Source: an uncultured Chloroflexia bacterium | GTDB taxonomy: Bacteria > Chloroflexota > Limnocylindria > Limnocylindrales > CSP1-4 | Length of the DNA stretch: 64,000 nt | Direction: 5' to 3' | NCBI GenBank assembly: GCA_963712745.1 | Contig: CAVQJC010000006.1 | Span: 288,001-352,000, forward strand | Shown: positions 41,543 to 54,067 of the stretch, one piece after another | Layout of the letters: each line of letters opens with the position of its first letter | How positions within the stretch are numbered: position 1 is the first letter of the stretch | Made by a program: the position numbers and the translations under genes | The notes under the pieces: generated by a model | The model's input: only the letters and a program-made list of their open reading frames with translations | Told to the model about the DNA's origin: nothing | Database searches by the model: none

Positions 41543-43477
41543 CTAGCTGTTCCTGTCGTAGAAGTTGTCGCGCTGCAGGTAATGGTGGTTTCGCAGGTCG
41601 ACCTTAAGCCCGTAATGGAGCTGCAGGAAGTACTTCACGACCTCGGTCGCGGCGTTGCCCGTGGTACGGGTATCGTCGAGATAGGCCAGCACCACGAGGT
41701 TGGAGTCTTCGCGCTTGACGGCATTGATACCGGTCGGGTCAGACGCGGTCTTTCGGGCCTGCCTTGGCACGAAGGCCGCGAACCAGTTGCTGAAGGGCAG
41801 GCGGCCGCTCTTGTCGCGAATGCCGAACTCGGCCGTGCCGGACTTGCCCGCCACGACGATGGGCAGGTCGACGAGGTTGTCGGTGTGGCGGATGGTCACG
41901 ACGCGACGGGACGCCACGCGCATGGTGCGCAGGACAGCAGGGTCGATGTCCATCTTGCGCACCACCTCGGGCGGCACCTTCCCGATGACCTTGCCCTCGG
42001 CATCGAGGATCTTGCGCACCAGCTGGGGCTTGTAGATGGTGCCGCCGTTGGCGAGCGCGGCATAGGCGTTCAGCACCTGGATGGGCGTGCTCATGTTGTA
42101 GCCCTGGCCGATACCAGCCTGGTAGAGCTCACCGGTGAAGTAGATCTCGTTCAGCGTGCGCCGCTTCCACTCGTTGGTGGGCACGATGCCGGCCGCCTCG
42201 CTAGGCAGGTCTATGCCGGTCGGTTTGCCGAATCCGAACTGGTGAGCCCAGTAGGCGAGCCGGTCGATGGTGAGCTTGCCGGCCAGCTGGTAGAAGAACG
42301 TGTCGCTCGAGTGCCCGAAGCCGTCGAAGATGTTGAGCGGCCCCCAGCCCTTGCGGTTCCACTCCCAGTACTTCCAGTCGCCGATCTCGAGGAAGGGCTT
42401 GGTCTGGATGCGCGAACTGCTCGAGATCTTGCCGTCGGCGAGGGCGCCCGTGCCGGTCACGAGCTTGTACGTCGAACCGGGCGGGTACTGCTCGTTGATG
42501 GCCACGTTGAGCATGGGCTTGGACGGGTCGCGCAGGAGCTTGGTGTACTGGGACATCGCGATGCCCTGCGCGAACTCGTTGTTGTCGTAGGACGGCAACG
42601 AGACCATGGCCAGAATCTCGCCGTTCTGCGGGTTCATGGCGATGAAGGCCCCGCGCTTGCTGCCGATCCGTCTCATGGCCCACTTCAGCGCCTTCTCGGC
42701 GTTGCGCTGGACCTTGGTGTCGATGGTCAGTTCGAGCGATCGACCAGGCTCGGCCTCGCGCAGGACGCGCGGCGTGTGGATCTCGTGGCCTTCGCGGTCC
42801 AGGTCCACCTCTTCGAGACCGTGGGTCCCGCGAAGCACGTCTTCATAGGTGGCCTCCAGGCCGGCCTTGCCGAGCAGATCCTCCGGGTAGTAGCCCTCGT
42901 CCTTGAGGCGCTGGTACTCGGGCCCGCTGATGCGTCCGGTCCAGCCGAGGACATGGGCCATGAGCTTGCCCTGTGGATAGCGCCGCCGAGCCTCGAGGTC
43001 GACCCGGACTCCGGGGAACATGTCCGGGTCCTCGGCGATCACTCGGGCCGTCTCGGTATCGATATCGGAGATGCGCACGAGCTCGAACTGGGAGCCGGTG
43101 TGGGCGTCTATGCGCTCGATGATCTTGCGCTGCTTCACGCCGGTCAGTCGGGAGATGCGTTCGGCGACCTCGGGTCGCTCCTCGAACGGCAGCTCTGCGG
43201 GCAGGATGCGCAGCACGAAGGTGGGCACGTTCTCGACGAGCAGCCGGCCCCTGCGGTCGTACATCAGCCCACGTGCGACCGAGATCGGCCGTTCCGCAGT
43301 GAGCTGGAGCGCGGTGTAGGCCTCGAACGACGAGGCTTCGGCCACCTGCAGTTGGAACAGGCGCAGGCCGAGACCGGTCACCGCCAGCACGATGGCCACG
43401 CCGAAGGCGATGAACCGAGGCGCAAGACTGCGCTGGTTCGGCTGCGACCGGCCGGTGCTGATGGGATCGCCCGTCAT
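41543..43477 (-). CDS. mrdA: Penicillin-binding protein 2
   Basis: RGLMYDR, GKAGLE, PGSTYK (SxxK), SSD and KSGTAE motifs. Confidence 0.94.
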   Translation of the reverse strand: MTGDPISTGRSQPNQRSLAPRFIAFGVAIVLAVTGLGLRLFQLQVAEASSFEAYTALQLTAERPISVARGLMYDRRGRLLVENVPTFVLRILPAELPFEERPEVAERISRLTGVKQRKIIERIDAHTGSQFELVRISDIDTETARVIAEDPDMFPGVRVDLEARRRYPQGKLMAHVLGWTGRISGPEYQRLKDEGYYPEDLLGKAGLEATYEDVLRGTHGLEEVDLDREGHEIHTPRVLREAEPGRSLELTIDTKVQRNAEKALKWAMRRIGSKRGAFIAMNPQNGEILAMVSLPSYDNNEFAQGIAMSQYTKLLRDPSKPMLNVAINEQYPPGSTYKLVTGTGALADGKISSSSRIQTKPFLEIGDWKYWEWNRKGWGPLNIFDGFGHSSDTFFYQLAGKLTIDRLAYWAHQFGFGKPTGIDLPSEAAGIVPTNEWKRRTLNEIYFTGELYQAGIGQGYNMSTPIQVLNAYAALANGGTIYKPQLVRKILDAEGKVIGKVPPEVVRKMDIDPAVLRTMRVASRRVVTIRHTDNLVDLPIVVAGKSGTAEFGIRDKSGRLPFSNWFAAFVPRQARKTASDPTGINAVKREDSNLVVLAYLDDTRTTGNAATEVVKYFLQLHYGLKVDLRNHHYLQRDNFYDRNS

Positions 43478-43481
43478 GCGC

Positions 43482-43985
43482 TCACCATGCCAGCCGCTCG
43501 GGCTCGCCGAAACGCAGGTCGAGAGCCCGTACGAGTGGCACCGATACGCCCGCGACGATGCCATTGAGCAGCCCGATCAACAGCAGGCCGGGAATGGACA
43601 GCCCCACGAACGAGATGCCCGTGGTGAAGGCCAGCAACGCCAGCACCATCAACTGGTAGCCCAGCGTGAGCACGAAAGCGGTCCCACTGATCACGGCCAG
43701 TCTCGGAGGCCACACCGCCCGGGCCACCAGCAGCGCCAGGGCTGTCAGTAGAACGAGCGTCAACGCCGAAGACCCCAGAGCACGCCCGGGTAGTAGTAGA
43801 TCGAGCGTAATGCCTCCAACGAAAGCCCAGGTCATCCCGCTCTCGAAGCCGAGCACCATCGCCACGGCGATGCCCACGGCAAAAACGAGGTCGGGCCGGA
43901 CACTGCCCACCTGAAGATGGGTCAGCACGCTCGACTCCAGGATGGCAGCAAGGACAGCTCCCACGGCAGGAGCCAACACGCTCAT
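43482..43985 (-). CDS. mreD: Rod shape-determining protein MreD
   Basis: Hydrophobic protein with RPDLV and GGITLDLL..LG; directly upstream of mrdA. Confidence 0.85.
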   Translation of the reverse strand: MSVLAPAVGAVLAAILESSVLTHLQVGSVRPDLVFAVGIAVAMVLGFESGMTWAFVGGITLDLLLPGRALGSSALTLVLLTALALLVARAVWPPRLAVISGTAFVLTLGYQLMVLALLAFTTGISFVGLSIPGLLLIGLLNGIVAGVSVPLVRALDLRFGEPERLAW

Positions 43986-44264
43986 CAGGGTGTGTCGATA
44001 GCTCTGAGGTTTCCACGGCTCGAGATGGCGCGGTCGAGTCGCCCCTCGCGCTGCGGGCCATCTCTCCTACGAGTATAGCGGAGCTCCGAAGCCCCCCCTC
44101 GAGTCGCGGCCGTGACGTCGCTGCGCCCGGCCGGCTGCATCGGCGACGAGAGTGCCATGCACCGTCCCGCGCTCAAGGGCAACCCCCCTCCCCTCCTGCG
44201 CCTCTGTGTTTCACCGGACGGAATGGCCCCCCACTCGCGCATATCTGCCCCCATCTCAACGAGT

Positions 44265-44286
44265 CGCAACCGATCGATCGGTTGCG
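44265..44286. repeat. Perfect 22-bp palindrome CGCAACCGATCGATCGGTTGCG
   Basis: The sequence equals its own reverse complement. Confidence 0.9.
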
Positions 44287-44327
44287 TTGTGCGGTGTGCC
44301 CGCATAGCGCCAGCATTGCGAGCTTCA

Positions 44328-44343
44328 AGTGTCACGTGGACCA
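44328..44343. promoter_or_regulatory. Degenerate parS-like site AGTGTCACGTGGACCA
   Basis: CACGTG core; tandem 19-bp duplicate of the adjacent parS. Confidence 0.5.
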
Positions 44344-44346
44344 TCA

Positions 44347-44362
44347 AGTTTCACGTGGAACA
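44347..44362. promoter_or_regulatory. parS site AGTTTCACGTGGAACA
   Basis: Matches the TGTTNCACGTGAAACA-type consensus; upstream of parAB. Confidence 0.88.
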
Positions 44363-44544
44363 GAGAGACATACGGCGCGACCTCTGTACCCGGAGTCCCG
44401 GCATGGTGAGGTGACGCGCGACCCAGCGAAGGTCCGCGTGGTCTTCAAGCCGACGCAGCGATGGACGCCCGCACCTACCTGCCCGAGTGGGCACCGGTTC
44501 GATCGACGAGCTGTACGGCTCCGGAGCGGTTCCCCTCGTCACGA

Positions 44545-44560
44545 TGTTCCACGTGGAACG
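44545..44560. promoter_or_regulatory. parS site TGTTCCACGTGGAACG
   Basis: Near-perfect parS palindrome. Confidence 0.88.
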
Positions 44561-44571
44561 ACTCTGCACGA

Positions 44572-44580
44572 TGTGGACAA
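44572..44580 (-). promoter_or_regulatory. DnaA-box-like 9-mer (TTGTCCACA)
   Basis: TGTGGACAA on the plus strand; high-GC-type DnaA box. Confidence 0.55.
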
Positions 44581-44725
44581 GGTGCGCATAAGTGCCAGAG
44601 GCGACGCCAGTGATCAACCACTCGTAGACTCAAACGCCCACCGACGCACGCTTTCCCATGAGGGAATGCCACTAGCGCCCTGAACCGCGCCCGTCACGGT
44701 CCGTCCAGAGCGCCCGAAGAGAAGG

Positions 44726-44734
44726 TGTGGACAA
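44726..44734 (-). promoter_or_regulatory. DnaA-box-like 9-mer (TTGTCCACA)
   Basis: Second copy; both copies continue identically as TGTGGACAAGGTG. Confidence 0.55.
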
Positions 44735-44808
44735 GGTGGTGCCAGGAGGCAACATCCGCCATCTCAGAGTAAACTTGTCACGTGTGCAGCGAAGGGTTTG
44801 GGGGTTAG

Positions 44809-45651
44809 GTGGGCGAGATCGTCGCCTGCGCAAATCAGAAGGGTGGAGTCGGGAAGACCACGACCGTGGTCAGCCTCGCTTCGTACTTGGCGCTGGACGG
44901 GCACAAGGTCCTCTTGGTGGACATGGACCCGCAGGGCAACGCCACCAGTGGCGTAGGCCTGGACAAGGAGACCGTCGCTACCTCGGTGTATGACGTCCTG
45001 CTGGATGATTCTGCGCTTGACGATGTGATTCGCCCCACGGCGATCGACCGCCTTTCACTCGTCCCGTCGAATCGCAGCCTGGCCGGAGCAGAGGTAGAGC
45101 TCGTGCCGAATGCCGGCCGTGAGCGCCGATTGAAGCAGGTACTCGGCGGATTGGAGGAACCTTTCGACTTCATCCTGCTTGACTGCCCTCCCTCGCTCGG
45201 CCTGCTCACGGTCAACGCGCTCACTGCCTCGGATAGTGTCCTTATCCCCCTCCAGTGCGAGTACTACGCGCTCGAGGGACTGGGCCAGCTCATGGCTACG
45301 ATCGAGCTCATCAGGGACCACCTCAACCCCCAACTGTCGATGAAAGGGGTCGTTCTCACGATGCACGATGGCCGCACGAGTCTTTCAGCAGATGTCACGG
45401 CTGAAGTACGCCGACACCTGGGCTCCCAGGTCTTCCAGGCTGTCGTGCCCAGGAGCGTTCGGCTGGCTGAGGCTCCAAGCTATGGACAACCGATCGCGCA
45501 GTACAGTCCGCTCTCTCGTGGTGCTCTGGCGTATCAGGCGATCGCCGCCGAGTTCCTGGTCAGGAGCGGCGTCGAACCGGGCGACGGCCTCAGACTCGCC
45601 AGAGGCCGCTATCAGGCACCGCGCAGCGACCAGGAAGGGGAGGTGAGCTAG
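44809..45651 (+). CDS. parA: Chromosome partitioning ATPase ParA/Soj
   Basis: NQKGGVGKTTT, DPQGNAT, DCPPSLG, QCEYYALEG and RLAEAPS motifs. Confidence 0.96.
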   Translation: MGEIVACANQKGGVGKTTTVVSLASYLALDGHKVLLVDMDPQGNATSGVGLDKETVATSVYDVLLDDSALDDVIRPTAIDRLSLVPSNRSLAGAEVELVPNAGRERRLKQVLGGLEEPFDFILLDCPPSLGLLTVNALTASDSVLIPLQCEYYALEGLGQLMATIELIRDHLNPQLSMKGVVLTMHDGRTSLSADVTAEVRRHLGSQVFQAVVPRSVRLAEAPSYGQPIAQYSPLSRGALAYQAIAAEFLVRSGVEPGDGLRLARGRYQAPRSDQEGEVS

Positions 45652-45653
45652 TC

Positions 45654-49461
<3,808 letters not shown>

Positions 49462-49465
<4 letters not shown>

Positions 49466-52029
49466 CCGACCCAGTCGGAAACGTCCGCTCGGTCCCCATC
49501 GAGGAGGAGCTCAAGTCGGCCTATCTCGATTACGCCATGAGCGTGATCGTCAGTCGTGCCCTGCCAGACGTGCGCGACGGCCTCAAGCCCGTCCACCGCC
49601 GGATCCTGTACACGATGAACGAGATGGGGCTGAACTCGAGTTCCTCCTATCGAAAGTGCGCGGCCATCGTCGGCGACGTCATGGGCAAGTACCACCCCCA
49701 CGGGGACCAGGCCATCTACGACGCTCTGGTGCGCCTGGCCCAGGATTTCTCACTGCGCTTCCCGCTGGTGGACGGCCAGGGCAACTTCGGCTCGGTCGAC
49801 GGCGACCCCGCCGCGGCCATGCGCTACACCGAGGCGCGCATGACGGCCATCACCGCCGAGATCCTGGCCGATATCGACAAGGAAACCGTCGAATTCGTCG
49901 AGAACTACGACGGCACCCGCATGCAGCCCGCTGTGCTGCCCGCGAAGCTGCCCAACCTGCTCATCAACGGCTCGGCCGGCATCGCGGTGGGCATGGCCAC
50001 CAACATCCCGCCCCACAACCTGGGTGAGGTCGTGCGCGCCACGCAGGCATTGATCGACGACCCTGACATGAACACGGATCAGCTGTGCGAGCACCTGCTC
50101 GGTCCAGACCTGCCCACCGGGGGCATGATCTTCCGCTACGACCGCCGCCGAAATCCGGCCACCGGCGAGTGGGAAGAGATCGACGCCATCCGCGACATGT
50201 ACCGCCATGGTCGGGGGCGCGTGGTGATGCAGGCGCAAGTGGTCTTCGAGGAGACGCGCGCCGGCCGCACCGCCATCGTGGCCACGGCCATCCCCTATCA
50301 GGTCAACAAGTCCACCCTGCTGGAGAAGATCGCTGACCTGGTCAAGACCGGCAAGGTCGACGGCATCGCCGACCTGCGCGACGAGTCTGACCGGGACGGC
50401 ATGCGCATCGTCATCGAGTGCAAGAAGGACGCTGCGCCGCGCAAGGTCCTGAACAACCTGTTCAAGCACACAGCCCTGAAGATGGCCTTCAACGCCAACG
50501 TCGTGGCCCTTGTCGACGGCCAGCCCCAGACGCTCTCACTCAAACAGCTGCTGCACCATCACATCGAATGGCGCCAGGTGGTCGTGCGGCGGCGCACCGA
50601 GTTCGACCTGCAGAAGGCCAGGGACCGGGCCCATATCCTGGAGGGCCTCAAGACCGCGCTCGACAATCTCGATGCGGTCATCAGTACCATCCGCGAGTCG
50701 GCCGACGTCGAGACTGCGCGGCGGAACCTGATGCAGCGCTTCGGCCTGTCCGAGATCCAGGCCAACGCCATCCTCGAGATGCAGCTGCGCCGCCTGGCCG
50801 CTCTCGAGCGCCAGAAGATCGAGGACGAGTACATCACCATCATCCAGAAGATCGCCGAGCTCGAGGACATCCTGGCCAACCCCAAGCGTGTGCTGCAGAT
50901 CATCCGCGACGAACTGGGTGAGCTGGACGTCAAGTACGGAGAGGACCGCCGAACCAGGATCGAGGGCAGCGCCGACAAGGAGCTGAGCGACGACGACCTC
51001 ATCGCCGATGAGGACGTGGTCATCACCATCAGCGGTCGCGGCTACATCAAGCGCCAGCCGCTCATCACCTACCGTCGCCAGGCGCGCGGCGGCAAGGGCA
51101 TCATCGGAGCTCGTACCGTGGAGGAGGACGCCGTCGGTCACCTGCTCGTGGCCAACACCCATGACTGGGCCCTCTTCTTCACCGACCGCGGCCGGGTCTT
51201 CAGCTCCAAGGTGCACCAGATCCCCGATGCCAGCCGACAGGCCAAGGGCATGCCCATCATCAACCTCGAGGGTGTGCAGGTGGACTCCGGAGAACGTGTG
51301 CTCGCGACCATCACCCTGCCGAACTTCGAGCCCGGCCACAACCTGGTCATGGCCACGGTCAAGGGCATGGTCAAGAAGACCGCCATCGAGAAGTTCGAAC
51401 GAGTCCGTTCGACCGGTATCCGCGCCATCACCGTAGCCGAGGACGACCAGCTGGCCTGGGTAGCCGTGTCGTCCGGTGCAGACGACATCATCCTGGCCAC
51501 GGCCATGGGCCGTATCGCCCGGTTCAAGGAGGGGGAGGTGCGACCCATGGGCCGCGACGCGGCCGGTGTCATCGGTATCCGGTTGGCCAACAAGGCCGAC
51601 CGCGTCGTCAACATGGGCGTGGTCCAGCGGGGTCACGACATCCTCGTGCTGACCGAGACCGGCTACGGCAAGCGCGTGGCCAACACCGAGTTCCGCAACA
51701 AGCACCGCGGCGGCCAGGGCGTGCGGCTCATCTCGCTGGAAGGCGCGAAGAGCGGCAAAGTCTCCGCGGTCGAGCTCGTCGACGAGTCGGACGAGGAGCT
51801 CCTGCTCATCTCCAGGGAAGGCCAGGTCGTGCGCACGGACGTGGACTCCATCAACCGCTACGGCAGCTCCGCGCGAGGTGTCATCGTGATGCGCCTGAAC
51901 GAGGGAGACTCGGTGGCCGGCATCGCCGTCTTCCGCGAGGGCTTGGCGGGGCAACGCGACGTCGGCGAGAATGACACCGATGGGCCCGAAGAGGGTGGCC
52001 CCGGCAGCGACGGAGCGGCGCAGGCATGA
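49462..52029 (+). CDS. gyrA: DNA gyrase subunit A
   Basis: [22 protein letters not shown] and the GyrA-box QARGGKG. Confidence 0.96.
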
Positions 52030-52051
52030 CGGATCCGGCCCGGACCAGCGA

Positions 52052-53083
52052 GTGACCGCCTTCGGCGAGGTCGAACGCATGCGACCCGGTGAGGCTCTGG
52101 GCCTCTACTCGGGCAATGCCAACGAGCGGCTGGCCCGCAAGATCGGCCGCTACCTGGGGGCGGATCTGGGGCGCGTGGAGGTGTTCGAGTTCGCTAACGA
52201 GAACATCTTCGTGCGCATCATCGACAACGTGCGCGAGAAGGATGTCTTCCTCGTGCAGCCCACCTGCAAGCCGGTGCAGAAGTCGATCATGGAGCTGCTC
52301 ATCATGATCGATGCGTTCAAGCGCGCCAGCGCCGGGCGCATCACCGCCGTCGTGCCTTACTACTCATATGGTCGCTCGGACAAGAAGGATCAGCCGCGGG
52401 TGCCCATCACCGCCCGCCTCGTCGCGGACATGATCAGCGTGGCCGGCGCGGACCGTCTGCTGACGATGGACCTGCACCAAGGTCAGATCCAGGGCTTCTT
52501 CAACATCCCCGTCGATGAGCTCACGGCCACCCATCTGCTTTCCAACTACTGGCGCCAGAAAGAGCTGCAGAACACCGTGGTCGTGACCGACCTCGGTTTC
52601 GCCAAGCGCGCGCGCACGTTCGCCGAGCTGGTGGGCGCGCCGATGGCCATCATCGAGAAACGCCGGGAGGGCAATGACGACCGGGCGGAGGTGATGAACG
52701 TCATCGGCGAGGTGCGAGGCAAACGCGCCATCATCGTCGACGACGAGATCGACACCGGGGGCACGCTGGTCGAGACGACCCGGGCCCTGGAGCGTGAAGG
52801 CGCGCTGGAGATCTACGGCTGCGCCACCCACGGCGTGCTCTCCGATCCGGCCGTCGACCGCATCCGCGACTCGGCGCTGCTGGAGGTCGTCATCACCGAC
52901 ACCATCCCGCTGCCGGCTTCCCACCACCTCGACAAGATCAAGGTGCTCACCGTGGCGCCGCTCATCGGTGAGGCCATCACGCGCATCCACCGGGGCGAGT
53001 CCGTGGGCGCGCTATTCTCCTCGGAGATCCAACGCACCCAGGCGATGCTGCTGTGGGGCGAAGATGACGAGGACGAGGCATGA
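52052..53083 (+). CDS. prs: Ribose-phosphate pyrophosphokinase
   Basis: PYYSYGRSDKK, MDLHQGQIQGFF, VDDEIDTGGT and ATHG motifs. Start uncertain (GTG 52052 or ATG 52079). Confidence 0.92.
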   Translation: MTAFGEVERMRPGEALGLYSGNANERLARKIGRYLGADLGRVEVFEFANENIFVRIIDNVREKDVFLVQPTCKPVQKSIMELLIMIDAFKRASAGRITAVVPYYSYGRSDKKDQPRVPITARLVADMISVAGADRLLTMDLHQGQIQGFFNIPVDELTATHLLSNYWRQKELQNTVVVTDLGFAKRARTFAELVGAPMAIIEKRREGNDDRAEVMNVIGEVRGKRAIIVDDEIDTGGTLVETTRALEREGALEIYGCATHGVLSDPAVDRIRDSALLEVVITDTIPLPASHHLDKIKVLTVAPLIGEAITRIHRGESVGALFSSEIQRTQAMLLWGEDDEDEA

Positions 53084-53358
53084 CCGACCAGTCCGGACTG
53101 GAGCCGACCAGCGGGCAGAGCAAGACGACGCTGTACCGGCCGACGGCCGGTGGCGGACTCGAGCCGGCGCCACCTCAGACCGCCGACTACCGTGACGGTC
53201 TGCGGTCGCGCCGCTGGAACGCCGCGCCGCTGGAGAACCCTGAGGTCGAGAAGACCGATCCGCGGATCGCGGTCGCGGCCATCATCCTGCTCGGCGCCCT
53301 GACGCTGGCCGTGCTCGTGATCGGCTACGGCGTGGGCCTTTGGAGCCTGCCGGCGTAG
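53080..53358 (+). CDS. Small hypothetical protein with C-terminal TM
   Basis: ATGA overlap with the prs stop, GAGG RBS and a hydrophobic C-terminus. Confidence 0.7.
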   Translation: MTDQSGLEPTSGQSKTTLYRPTAGGGLEPAPPQTADYRDGLRSRRWNAAPLENPEVEKTDPRIAVAAIILLGALTLAVLVIGYGVGLWSLPA

Positions 53359-54014
53359 GCGGCCTGTCCACACCCGTCGCCCATGTCGTCTGGGACTGGA
53401 ACGGGACGCTGCTCGACGACTTCGAGCTGACGGCTCGCGTCGCTGGAAGCACGCTCGCGGCGATGGGTGTCCACGGCCTCACCGGCGACGACGTCCGCAC
53501 CCACTTCCGTCGTCCGTTCGGTGACTTCTACGCGAGGCTCTTCGGCCGGCCAGTGAGCGCGGACGAGTTCGCCTACATCCGCCGGCGCTATCAGCTCGAG
53601 TACGACGCCGAGGTCCTGGCGCTCTCGCTGCAGCCCGATGCCCTGCCGGCGCTGGACCACGTCGCAGCAAGGGCCTCGCAGTCATTGTTGTCGATGGCGC
53701 ACGACGACCAGCTCCAGGAACTGGTCGACCATCACTCGATCCGGCATCGGTTCGTGCGCATCGAGGGCAGCCCCACCAGAGACAGCGACGGCAACAAGGC
53801 CAGACGGCTGCGTGACCACCTCTCCGCCGTCGGCGTCGATGCACGGCGCACGGCCATCATCGGCGACACCGTGGACGACCACGACGCGGCTGTGGCTCTG
53901 GGGGCGCGTTCGGTCCTGGTCACCACCGGCACCACATCCCGGTCGGTGCTGGAGGCTACCCGAGCGCCGGTGGTGGATACGCTCGTCGAGGCGGCCGCGA
54001 GAGCAGTCGGCTGA
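53340..54014 (+). CDS. HAD-family hydrolase
   Basis: WDWNGTLLDD motif I and IGDTVDD motif IV. Start uncertain. Confidence 0.87.
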   Translation: MEPAGVGGLSTPVAHVVWDWNGTLLDDFELTARVAGSTLAAMGVHGLTGDDVRTHFRRPFGDFYARLFGRPVSADEFAYIRRRYQLEYDAEVLALSLQPDALPALDHVAARASQSLLSMAHDDQLQELVDHHSIRHRFVRIEGSPTRDSDGNKARRLRDHLSAVGVDARRTAIIGDTVDDHDAAVALGARSVLVTTGTTSRSVLEATRAPVVDTLVEAAARAVG

Positions 54015-54067
54015 TCGCTGGCACGTCGCTCGGTATTGGCGGTGTGGTGGGCAGGGAAGGGGTGGTG

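Noticed and set aside
40259-43567. 1102-aa plus-strand ORF
   Set aside because: Antisense shadow of rodA/mrdA caused by high-GC codon bias; no motifs.
43985-44683. Several short ORFs in the mreD-parA gap
   Set aside because: No motifs, atypical codon use, and they overlap parS sites and palindromes; treated as non-coding.
44773-44788. Additional parS at TTGTCACGTGTGCA
   Set aside because: Only the CACGTG core matches; the arms are too divergent.
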